From: Octopus vulgaris
Taxonomy: Eukaryota
Direction: 5' to 3'
Length of the DNA: 64,000 nt
NCBI GenBank assembly: GCA_951406725.2
Contig: OX597819.1
Location: forward strand, 48,298,001 to 48,362,000
The stretch's first letter is position 1, and each line of letters opens with the position of its first letter. Positions 40,005-51,768 of the stretch are shown in pieces. The notes under the pieces were generated by a model. The model worked only from the letters and a program-made list of their open reading frames with translations. It ran no database searches and was not told the origin of the DNA. Position numbers and translations under genes: made by a program.

Positions 40005-40727
40005 TATTGCTAATTACAAAGCATAAGACTAGATTTCAGAGGCAACACTATATTCATATGGTTGGCACTATCATCTAAACCCAGTCATCATGCATGCAAA
40101 ACATAGATATCTTATAACCCAATTTGGATAAACCTCACCACTTTCATCACATCTAAGTATTTTCTAGACTTTCCTCAGCATGCACCACTAATCTGCATGT
40201 CTATACTACTTTAGCTATTTCATTCCATATCAATCAGCTTGACTAGTTTTCAGAAATTATCATAGCATGTTCCATCTAAACACATTAAATCCACATCTTA
40301 TTGCAAACCATTTGATGCCTTTGCCTCACTGAAATAAACACTGAAGCATTTACTAGATTCAATTTAATCAGATGTCGTATATATACAATCACCATTGCTA
40401 TATAGTTTTGGGAATGGAGGTTTATAACTGGAAATAAAATGACTATAAACACTTTGATCCTCTACTTGTACAGAATTACCTACTTTTATTACACACAGAA
40501 AAACAAAGCATCATTTCAACATTTTGAAGAAAATTTATAATGAACATACTTCCAGAAAGATTGAATTCTGTGGATTGATCTTTTTAACACCAACTCATTC
40601 ATTGGTCACTTCTGGTTCTATAATGCTAACCCACTAAAATCTAAAGGATTCCAGGAATGGAATACCAGAGAACACTTCTTGTTTATCTGTTCTGAATGCA
40701 ATGAATTCACAATATATAAAAACAAAC

Positions 40728-40922
40728 CTTTTGTCTTGCCATAATCTTTTGAGCCCATTTCGTCTGAGACCATTTACCAGTTATGTCAGCAGTATCCCAA
40801 GCTCTTTTCACTTCAATGGTTCTTGCAGAGTGTCTGATCTTGATGACAAATCTTGTCAGATGCACACTATTGAAATTGATAGCTTTTCTTAAGACACCAC
40901 TGCATGGTCCATCAATCAAAGC
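40728..40922 (-). CDS. RPL14: RPL14 coding exon 3 (ALIDGPCSGVLRKAINFNSVHLTRFVIKIRHSARTIEVKRAWDTADITGKWSQTKWAQKIMARQK)
   Basis: TAG|GCT...AAG|GTTTG, phase 0; within ORF 40707-40919. Confidence 0.97.
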
Positions 40923-42516
40923 CTATAATTATGAAAACATGGTTAGATAGAAAATTTAAAAAAAAGAAGTTTTCTTTTGACATTCTTTTACTAGCTTCAA
41001 TCCTTAGACTGCAGTCATACTGGGACACCACCTTCAACAGTTCTAGTCAATCATATCAACCCCAGTATTTATTGCAGTCTGGTATTTTATCAATCACTTT
41101 TTGTTAAGCCACTAAGTCAAAGGACATATAAAAAAACACAGGCACACACAAGTCTGATAGATTTTCTTTCTCCATCAAATCTCATTCACAATATATTTAA
41201 CCCAAGGATATAATGGAAGACAACTACCTAAGATGCCAAGCATATATTAGGATAGTACTTAAACTTGACAAATATTAAGGATATACACAAAATATTCAAA
41301 GGTCTGTGTTGTCTCTGTGAATACTCTATCAAAACATAATCTTGTTAACTGATAAAATATTAGACTGAATTGTAAGTAGGGTATCAATATGACCAAAACT
41401 CTTCAAATGGGTGTCTCAGCATCTCTGCAGCCAAATGACTGAAACCAGTAATATAATATGGCTTTTACTATCTGAGTGAAAAAGTAAAAAAAAAAAAAAA
41501 AAACATTGAAAAATCTAAATGAAAGTACATATGCTGCTACAATGTAACTTATGATAATTTTACTTATACAACAAAACTAGTTTGAGGAAGTCTTCATGGG
41601 GGAAAAGATTGCTAAATTTAGCTCCCCTCATTGCATTAGATGGAGGGGAGGTAGTCTCCCTTCAATGCAAGTACTCGATTGTTGCATCAATATGTGCAGA
41701 AAACTGTCTGTTCTTTGCTTTTTCGTGGCTAAATAATTGTGAAACTATTTTGATCTATTATTTTAGTTAGTAAACCAAAATATAATTACACAGGATTGTA
41801 ATGAAATTATCATAGATAGCTTTATTTGGACAAATAATATGAAATATAGTTATACATGTCGATATGTCTCGTGTGAAAAGTGCTGCGCTGCAGTTTCGTC
41901 TGCTGACAATTCACTGTCAACAAACCGTTCACTAGCTGTGCTTTGAAACACAAATGGAATGATAAATCCCTTGAAAAGCATGTTAGGGTTAGCGAGAGGA
42001 AGGACATCCAACTACAAAGCATATATAAAACAAACGTTCACGTAGTTACATGTTATTTCGTAAAAAAATATATAATAGTATTACTGCAATTTTCTAATTA
42101 TTTCGAAGATTATCTATGCAATCGATTGAAATGGAGCACTCTGTAAGCAAAGATACATCAATAAACATATGTAACACGGTTTTAATGTTTTTTCTCCGAA
42201 AGCAAAGATTATATGTGTAAAAATGCATTAGATATTATTAATATCTTGCATAAATTGTATTCCAGTTTACTAATTGAAAATAATAAATCAAACGCATTTT
42301 ACGTTTATCCTTTCACCTGTGTTTTACTCAGTTCACGGTTTCATATCTACAAAATGTCATGGTTTCTTAAATGAATATAAGAAACAAACCAGTATATATA
42401 AATTATTACTGTATAAAACACGCTACTGTGAAAACATTATCTTTTGAGTTTTAGCGCTAATATACCGATAAACTACATTAAACTATCAGATAATTTGCTA
42501 TATTTTGTAGCATTCA

Positions 42517-42609
42517 GTTTCAAAACTAATGATATCAGTAAAGAAAATTGTCTTCCTTATCAATCAGACCACTTCCGTATTTTAACATCATGTTCAATAA
42601 TTTTGAAAC
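42517..42609 (-). ncRNA. Box C/D snoRNA, U49-related variant, copy A5 (RPL14 intron 2)
   Basis: C ATGATGT 42591-42585, ATACGGAAGTGGT-CTGA, D CTGA 42538-42535; stem GTTTCAAAA/TTTTGAAAC; core near-identical to A1-A4 while flanks diverge. Confidence 0.78.
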
Positions 42610-42703
42610 TGCACGAAAACCAATTTTCAGACTACAAAAAGAACATTACAACATGGTATTTTACAAAACCTTGAGTGTTACTTCAGAAAAACTTTTAACT
42701 TAC

Positions 42704-42808
42704 TCTGTTTTGGTCAATAACGTCGATAATGACGCACAATTTCCCAGAATCTACACCTTTCACGATGTAGGCCACGCGACCCACCTCCACGAATTTCCGA
42801 TTGAACAC
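42704..42808 (-). CDS. RPL14: RPL14 coding exon 2 ([35 protein letters not shown])
   Basis: TATAG|GTG...AGA|GTAAGT; FVEVGRV and IDVIDQNR eL14 motifs. Confidence 0.97.
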
Positions 42809-43930
42809 CTATAGAATTAAAAAAAAGAAATGATGCACGTGTAATTTATATTTTCAAACATAGAGCAAGCAATGCAGTATTCATAAAAATTAGAATCCAT
42901 AATTAATAACATTTTCCTGACGACGGCTCATCTTTCAGGATAAAAACATTTCGTATTAACCTTTTACACAATAATTTCACTTCTTATCTTAGATCGTAAC
43001 TGTTTTTTAAAATCCTGGATGCGTGACTGGTTTAAGTTCTAGGATGCATCCGAACTTAGGAACTAGTTAATTAATTTCGGCAGATTTGGATCCTCAAAGA
43101 AAAGTGAGAGGGTTCAGAAGCGAGTCGTTTGAATATATTTTTACCGAAGCATGCCACATAATCAACTTTATATATATATGTATATATTCTTTTTTTTTTT
43201 TTTTTTTTTCAAGAATCTACACATTTTCAGGATTGTAAGCTGTAAATAAAAACTTAACCGCCTGGAAAGATGCGCGTATAGACCCACCCCATCAAATTAT
43301 CAATAAAACTCATTTCATTTTTTCCAAAATACTCTCGATAAATTACAAGTGCAGATCGAGAGGCGATGCTTAAATTCATAAATCTACCTTCATAAAGATC
43401 ATTTGGGGGGGGGGGGGGGTGCCAAAAAAAAAAATTTAGAATATACAATTAAGCAACAACTTTATATGACTTTAAAAAAAAAAAAGCCTTTCACTTGATT
43501 GGTAAGCGAGTGTGGCTGGTAAAAAAAAAAAAAGTTGATAACACGTGGATGATTAAAGCTGAAGGTTTAAAATTAGGATTTTCACATACCATCTTTTTTT
43601 AAACATCAATTTTAAACAAATATTCATGACTTTGGAGAACCATCATATTTACTAACTAGAAATCGCGTGAGAGACAAAAAGGAAATAGTTATTATAAGAT
43701 AAACGTGGTTACAATACATTAGGAAAGATTTCTATCACGCCATGTTGAAATATGATGGGAATAAATTTTACATTTTAAACAATTTCACAAGATTAAAACT
43801 AAGGTTTATATAACAGAATCACGTTCTAAGTTCCCCCAGTTAAAGCCAAAGGAGAAATAAACATAATTTAGAACTCAAATACCATTTTTTAGAGCAGATT
43901 TTAGCGACAGAATAATTTCACATTACTTAC

Positions 43931-43933
43931 CAT
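43931..43933 (-). CDS. RPL14: RPL14 coding exon 1 (ATG only)
   Basis: GCC ATG|GTAAGT, phase 0 into exon 2; total 153 aa. Confidence 0.9.
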
Positions 43934-43951
43934 GGCGTTACCGCTGCGCGT

Positions 43952-43959
43952 AAAGGAAG
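43952..43959 (-). promoter_or_regulatory. RPL14: 5'TOP / TCT-type initiator of RPL14
   Basis: CTTCCTTT on - strand ending 18 nt before the ATG; an NRF1-like GCATGCGCA lies just upstream. Confidence 0.75.
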
Positions 43960-44367
43960 TAGCACTTTGCGCATGCTTATTACTTAGATTTCAAAACGAG
44001 ACTAGACTTAAGGATTAAGTTTTCCTTGCATGATTAAAGAAGAATAACAAGAAGTTTCTCATACATTGCGGGGGGGGGGGATCTTTGTATCCCATGTTAT
44101 TTCTTTTAGTTTTCCTTTTTTTTTTTCATGTTGCAAGAGTGATTATGGACTTAGCTGCGTTTTCTGCTATTAATGACAGTTCGACAACGTGAATATAAAA
44201 TGCATAAAATATTTTATCACGAGCAGGCTGTGATGCACCCCATTTGCAGGATAATATACCACTGCACAAAGTTTATTTGTTTGATTAAAATAATCAATTT
44301 TTTTTCCCATTTCTTTTCCCTTTTTTTTTTTGCGGTAAACATGGGAATGTATATTTGTTAAGGGTTG

Positions 44368-44757
44368 AGGCGCAGGAGTGGTTGTCTGATAAGAAGTTTA
44401 TTTCCCAACCACATGGTTCCAGGTTCAGTCTCACTGCGTGGCATCTTGGACTAGTGTTTTCTACTAATAGGTTCGGGCCGGTCAAGATTTTGATTGGATT
44501 TAGTAAACGGAAACTGAAAGTAGCTGTCCGTATATATGTGTGTGTAGTTGTCTGTGTCCTGCATCACTGCTTGACAACTGTTGTTGGTGTGTCTATGTTC
44601 CTGTAACTTAGCAGTTCGACAAAAGAAATCAATGGAATAAGTACCAAACTTAAAAAATAAAATTATTGAGTTCAATCTATTCGACTAATATTCTTCAAGG
44701 TGGTGCCCCAGTATGGCCGCAGTCAAACACTTGAAACAAGTTAAAGAATAAAAGAAG
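44368..44757 (+). mobile_element. SINE family 1, diverged
   Basis: Full-length match to family 1 body and tail. Confidence 0.85.
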
Positions 44758-45143
44758 AATCAATGATGTAAAGAACTTCTGTGTCTCTCCTGCCAATGGT
44801 TGATTGAAGAGTTTTGTTTAATAAATAGTGGTTGATAGACCATGTATACATTGAAGATCATTTGTGCAAGGGATGGGGTGGGGGATTTTTAAATATAGCT
44901 TTGTTAAATAGAAAAATAAAATGAAGATGAAGATGGTAAGGGAAAGTTTTTATGTTTCCTAAAGTGAAACTATTAAATATAATTCTTTTGACTTTTATTG
45001 GAGCCTGATGCAATCCTCTGGCTTGCCAGATCTTGTTGAACCATCCTACCAATGCCAGCATGGAAAATAGAATTTAAAGCATGTGTGTGTGTGTGTAATA
45101 TATATTATGATTCCATGTAGTTGTAGTAATAACTTCTAATATA

Positions 45144-45767
45144 TGAGGTGGTATCAGAAAGTTCCCAGGCTAGTTATGTTTAATTAAAAAATTACTTATT
45201 TGCCTAAGATTTAACATTATCTCCTTCAAAAGAGTAACCTTGCCCAGCATTCCTGCCACTTTTGGAATCTGGCCTGGAAGTCATTTTCCAGTGAGTCAAG
45301 GACCTTCTGTGATTCAATCTTGATCTCAACAACAGTGTTAAAATGATGACCTTTGAGCTGCATTTTCATTTTGGGGAAAATATAGAAGTCTGCAGGTGCT
45401 AAATCGGGTGAATAGGGCAAGTGCAGACGTGATACCGTGTTGCTTTTGGCAAGAAACCCGCAAGTGTGCATTGTTGTTGTGAAGAATCCAATTCTTTGTG
45501 CACCACAGATCCAGTTGCTTTTGCTGAATTTCCTCCCTCAAATGCTTCAAAACATAGTAGTAGAACTCTCAATTGATGATCCAGCCTGGAGAGACAAATT
45601 CACAATGCACGGAGTGGCTGTATGGTAAGTAGCTTGCTTACCAACCACATGGTTCCGGGTTCAGTCTCATTACTTGACACCTTGGGCAAGTGTCTTCTAC
45701 TATAGCCTCAGGCCGACCAAAGCCTTGTGAGTGGATTTGGTAGACAAAAACTGAAAGAAGCCCGTCG

Positions 45768-45836
<69 letters not shown>

Positions 45837-46386
45837 TTGTGTCTGTGTTTGTCCCCCCAACATTACTTGACAACTGATGCTGGTGTGTTTACGTCCCCGT
45901 AACTTAGCAGTTTGGCAAAAGAGACCGATAGAATAAGTACTAGACTTACAAAGAATAAGTCCTGGGGGTCGATTTGCTCGACTAAAAGGTGGTGCTCCAG
46001 CATAGCCACAGTCAACTGACTGAAACAAGTAAAAGAGTAAAAGAATACTACATTTCTGAGGATGGCACTCATAGCAGGCCTTCCAGAGGGCTCATTGTCT
46101 TCCAGGGTCGTTATTCCTCATTTGAAGCATCCATGCAACTCAGAACATAGCATATGACTCATTGCCTCATCACCGTAAGCTTGCCAGAGCATGCCCAATC
46201 TCTTTGTAGCAGACTTCCCAAGTTTAACACAAAATGTCATGTTGGCTCTTTGATTCTGTCCATGACAAAATTGCTGACTACAGCATACATGCGATCCCAA
46301 ACACACAAATCTCACAACATCCAAAGTAAACACAATGATGTCACTTGGCATCAGAACTAGTCTGAGAACTTTTTGATACCACCTTG
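45144..46386 (-). mobile_element. Decayed mariner transposon with internal deletion, interrupted by a SINE
   Basis: TIRs TGAGGTGGTATCAGAAAGTTCCCAGGCTAGTT / AACTAGTCTGAGAACTTTTTGATACCACCTTG with TA flanks; YSPDLAPADF and QRAN..FCVKLGKSAT..QAYGDEAMS remnants. Confidence 0.92.
45609..46044 (+). mobile_element. SINE family 1, young copy inside the mariner
   Basis: Near-consensus family 1 sequence. Confidence 0.9.
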
Positions 46387-47319
46387 TACTTAATACTTTA
46401 CAGTAAAGCATCAGCTAAGTACAGAGTGTAACATCAATTAGTAAAGAATGATAAAAGAACAGGAGTTACATAAACATTTTCATTAGCTTACAACTGTTCC
46501 TGCTATAAGTAAGCATGCACCAAGCTGAGTACCAGAGTGAAATCTTATATCTGTGGTTCTCAAATAATGTGCAGTTGCATACTAGTGCAACAAAGCAAAT
46601 TCAAAAGTGAATTTTGAACTTTATCAGTGTAATACATATAAATACATACGATGTAGTGCCAGCAATGTGGAAATCACATAATCCTGTTTTACATGAAAAA
46701 AAAGTGCATCTTATATGCAGATGAATATTGTACATATACTCATGACCAATAGCCTATCTGGACATATAAAAGTCCAAACAATGTCCAATGAGCCAATTGT
46801 TGCATTGTTGAGTGTGAGAGTGATGAGATGTTTGTACACACAACTGTTGAACGCCTACACTTCATCTAATAAGATGGTTTCAGTTATGTTAACAATGGAG
46901 TCAGGAAGTTTCCCTTCAATCCCTGACTCATGTCACCAGACATTGAGAAGGTATATACAATTGTAAAACTAAGTCATTCTTGTACATAAGATCCTGTCAT
47001 ACTGTAATGACAGTATTACTCTGAATTCCCATAAACTGTAGCTTGAATATATTTTATAGCAGATGTCATCAATTGATGTTGCAAGAAATTTACATGGATA
47101 GAGCCATCATCCATTAATGCCTAAGTGTCTCCTTCATCAAATGCACCTAAGCATAAGTGACCCTTGTCAATGGGGGAAGCCAAGTCACAAATGGAAAATT
47201 TATACAGTGGTGAAGAAGGCCTTTCTGATTTTCTACATATTGAGCAGGGCCATTTACCTGAGGGGAGATGGGTCCTGTCTGTTTTCTTGCTTAGTAGAAC
47301 CTTAGTCTTTACTAAATTG

Positions 47320-47715
47320 ATCTTAAGGACCTTTGATTCCAGATGTTACTTCCACAACTGGAATGTCTTTTCTAGTTCTGTAAGAAGATCTGCTATAAGA
47401 GCAAGATCATCATGCATGCAACAGTTCTCAGAGTTACTGCTCTTGAATTCCTCTGTTATGGTCTGGAGGATGATGATGAATAGGAGGGAACTGAGAACCG
47501 AACCCTGATGAATGCCTACATCTACACCAAATTCATCACTATATTCATGGTTAACTTTCACTTTACTGACAACACCTCTGTACATGGCTTGAACAGCTTT
47601 CACAAACTGCTCATCTACTCTTAACTTCCTCAGAGCCCACTATATCACACAAAAGGGTACAATGTCAAAAGCTTTTTCTAAGTCAATAAATGCCAAATAC
47701 AATGGTTTATTCTTA
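47320..47715 (-). mobile_element. RTE-clade LINE reverse transcriptase fragment
   Basis: AFIDLEKAFD and VGIHQGSVLSSLLF motifs, degraded ADD region. Confidence 0.8.
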
Positions 47716-48414
47716 TGACACCTAGGGCAAGTGTCTTCTACTATACTCTTTCGGGTTGAATGAGGCCACATAAGTGGATTTGGTAGATGAACACTGAAAG
47801 GATGGGCTTTCTTTCAGTTTTTGTCTACCAAATCCACAAGGTTTTATTAAGCCTAAGGCTATAGTAGAAGGCTCTCGCCCAAGCTGCCACAGAGTGGGAC
47901 TGAATCTGGAAGCATGTGGTTAGGGAGCAAGCTTCTTACCACACAGCCAAACCTGTGCCCATTTCTTTACTTTTTAAAGATATTTATTAGAATTCTTCCT
48001 AGAAAGAATTTGAATAATAATAATATTGTGACATGTTGAACTTTAAAATGATCATGCATATCGTTACTTTTCTGCTTACAGATTGTATCTGCAGTGTGTT
48101 TTAACTCGTTTCTTTCTTTGCTTGAAAACCTTAGCTTTCCAGATAATCACTTATAGATGTTTATTAGTATAACCAAAGGCACCAATAATAAAAGGAAATT
48201 GGGATTCTAATAAAACCATAATAGAACTTTTGATCAGTCTCTTCCTGATATGGATCACTTATTTGGACATGAGTCAAGAAATACATGTTATAGTACAGTG
48301 AACTCAGCATTGAGCTGGGTAACTGGGAGATATGTGGGGAACTATAAATCACTGCATCAGTCCTACAAGGTTCAGTACTTGACCTGTTTCCTACCTTTTT
48401 AGATGACCTTGTGA

Positions 48415-48790
48415 ATCATCATCATCATCATAGTTTAATGTCCGTTTTCCATGCTTGCATGGGTTGGACAGTTCGACTGGGGTCTGGGAAGCCAGGAGGC
48501 TGCATCCGGCTCCAGTCTGATCTGGCAGTGTTTCTACAGCTGGATGCCCTTCCTAATGCCAACCACTCTGTGAGTGTAGTGGGTGATTTTTACATGCCAC
48601 TGGCACAGGGGCCAGAAGAGGCTGGCAAATGGCCATGATTGGTTGGTGCTTTTTACGTGCCACTGGCACGGAAGCCAATTAAGGTGGCACTGGCATCGGC
48701 CACGTTCGGATGGTGCTTTTTACATGCCACCAGCACAGGTATCACAACTACAATTTCCATTTGATTTTAATTTTGATGTTGATGTTTTTG
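48415..48790 (-). mobile_element. SINE family 2
   Basis: Family 2 core, internal repeats, (CAT)n tail. Confidence 0.85.
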
Positions 48791-49017
48791 TGAATGTTTT
48801 ATGAAAATATGTTGTACTCTTAGCTGGTTATTCTTTACTGCTTACACCAAGATCTTGTCAAAATGGAAGCTTAGCTGGATGATTGAAAGTGCTATTTACA
48901 CCAACAAAATTCAAAGTAGTGGTTTTATCAAAAAAAAAGTATATAAAACTTTTTAGCAGCAATTTTAACAACTATATGTTGCTTATAAAAAAAAAACTGG
49001 TTTGAACAGGACATATA

Positions 49018-49599
49018 GGCGCAGGAGTGGCTGTGTGGTAAGTAGCTTGCTAACCAACCACATGGTTCCGGGTTCAGTCCCACTACGTGGCATCTTGGGC
49101 AAGTGTCTTCTGCTATAGCCCTGGGCCAACCAATGCCTTGTGAGTGGATTTGGTAGACGGAAACTGAAAGAAGCCTGTCGTATCATCATCATCGTCGTTT
49201 AACGTCCGTTCTCCATGCTAGCATGGGTTGGACGGTTCGACCGGGGTTCTGGGAAGCCAGAAGGCTGCACCAGGCTCCAGTCTAATCTGGCAATGTTTCT
49301 ACAGCTGGACGCCCTTCCTAACGCCAACCACTCCGTATATATATATATATATGTGTGTGTGTGTGAGTGTGTGTGTGTGTTTGTGTGTCCGTGTTTGTCC
49401 CCCTAGCATTGCTTGACAACCGATGCTGGTGTGTTTATGTCCCCGTTACTTAGCGGTTCGGCAAAAGAGACCGATAGAATAAGTACTGGGCTTACAAAAG
49501 AATAAGTCCCGGGGTCGAGTTGCTCGATTAAAGGCGGTGCTCCAGCATAGCCGCAGTCAAATGACTGAAACAAGTAAAAGAGTAAAAGAGTAAAGAGTA
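49018..49599 (+). mobile_element. SINE family 1 with an antisense family 2 fragment (about 49182-49335) at the start of its (TA)n tract
   Basis: Family 1 halves flank a family 2 3' end. Confidence 0.88.
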
Positions 49600-50545
49600 A
49601 TATCTCCATAAAAAGAAACAAGATTTCTGGGAAGAGTACTTATTTACGAGTTTGAAGCATCATGGAGTATACCCCTGTATCTTAGACAAATGCTTCAGAT
49701 AACATACTCCACCAAGTGTAATCTGTCCAAAAGAAAGTTCCCAGAACCCTCACAGTTGATGGCACAGAGGTTGCACCCATAACTCATCATCGACAGTCTA
49801 CAACTCAGGAGATAGGTCACTACAACAACAGTACAATGCATACAAGCTAAACCCAATAGAACTCAAAGTTATGCTGGCAATAAATAAAGATGATCTTACA
49901 TATGAACTTTCATTTGTTGTGGTGGACACCTCCAGATGAGAAATGGGCTGGTCCACTACTAATAAATAGTGGACTGACACAGTCAGTAATGTCAGTCAGT
50001 GAGGTATGCTGTTCAGGTCAGTCCCGCAGAGACAACGAAATATGTCATCGTAATGTGGGATATAACAGTGGCAACGAGGATTCGTAGTTCACACAGCCAC
50101 TGATGTATAGTAGTGGGACATAACAGTGATGACGAGGATACCTCCCACTGTATAATAGTGTTGTTATAACAGTGGCAACGAGTTTACGAACGCTTGTAGG
50201 AGTATCGAAATGGAAGACCTACAGTCAAGAAAGAAAGTTCAAAAGATTTGAACTCAAACACAGAATTGAACTACACACATTGAAAAATATATATTTAAAA
50301 AAAGGATCCTGAAGAAAAGATGCCTAATAAAACTGGAACTCTACACAGAACTGAACTACAAACAGTTAAAAATAATTCTATGCAGAAGAAAAAATAATAA
50401 TAATGATAAGTCCGTTTGAAGGATTTATAAGTCAAGTTGCTATATTTAGTAGTTCTACTAGTAATAATGTAGACTTGGTACTACCTGTGGCATTTTAAAA
50501 AAAGTGGTTTTGTGGGGAACAAAAAATAATAATAAAAATAATAAT

Positions 50546-50954
50546 AGGTGCAGGAGTGGCTGTGTGGTAAGTAGCTTGCTAACCAACCACATGGTTCAGT
50601 CCCACTGCGTGGCATCTTGGGCAAGTGTCTTCTGCTATAGCCCCAGGCCGACCAATGCTTTGTGAGTGGATTTGGTGGACGGAGGCTGAAAGAAGCCTGT
50701 CGTATATATGTATGTATGTATATGTATGTGTGTGTATATGTTTGTGTGTCTGTGTTTGTCCCGCTAGTATTGCTTGACAACCGATGCTGGTGTGTTTATG
50801 TCCCCGTCACTTAGCGGTTCGGCAAAAGAGACCGATAGAATAAGTACTGGGCTTACAAAGAATAAGTCCCGGAGTCGATCTGCTTGACTAAAGGCGGTGC
50901 TCCAGCATGGTGCAGTCAAATGACTGAAACAAGTAAAAGAGAGAAAGAGAGAGA
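50546..50954 (+). mobile_element. SINE family 1 nested in the LTR element
   Basis: Near-consensus family 1 sequence. Confidence 0.9.
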
Positions 50955-51768
50955 TAAGTTAGTGCGAAGGATTTAATAATTCTGTATGGAGCAAAAAATA
51001 ATTCTGCTTAGAACAAAAAAAAAATGAAAAAGAATTAACAATTTATTTAAAGCGAGTTATACAAGAAGATTTCAAATGTAAGCAGATATTATCTGTTGAA
51101 ATTGAAAACAAACCAGTTGCTAAGAAAGTTAAAATGGACAAAGAAAATGCAAGCCATTTTGTGATTGAGGATACTAAACAAGTCCTCCTTGAAAAGACTC
51201 CAGATAAAATATCGATGGAAGTGACTAGTGAAGAACACGTAGAAAATTCTGAAATTAGAGAATCTGAGTCATCTGTTACAGGAAAAGGTCCTTCTATTGA
51301 AAATGCTTCATTGAGGAATCGTTCTAATGCAAACACTTTAAAAGATAATGTAAGTTTGCAGGTAACCATTCCAGTTTCTGCCGAAAAAAGTGTAACAAAA
51401 GGAAAAGTTGTAGAAATGAAAAATATATTTATATTAAAGCAGTGTAATTTTTGAAAAAAAAAAAATATATATATATATAATTCTGTGTGGAACAAGAAAA
51501 TAATCTAAATAAGAGAAAAATAATTCTGGTCAGAAGAAAAAGAAATGAAGAAAAAAATGTGTTGAAAGAGAAAGATATATATATATATATAATTCTGTGT
51601 GGAACAAGAAAAAATAATCTTGGTTAGAAGAAAAAGTAATGGAAATAAAAAAAAATGTTGTGTTGAAAAAAATCTCGAAGGTGGGAGGTGTTGTGGCAGA
51701 TACCCCAGGTGAGAAGTCTAATAAATAATGGACTGACACAGTCAGTAATGCCAGTCAGCGAAGTACGC

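Noticed and set aside
43020-43130. Hairpins in RPL14 intron 1 as an H/ACA RNA
   Set aside because: AAGTTC/GAACTT stem is present but there is no ACA box at the expected position
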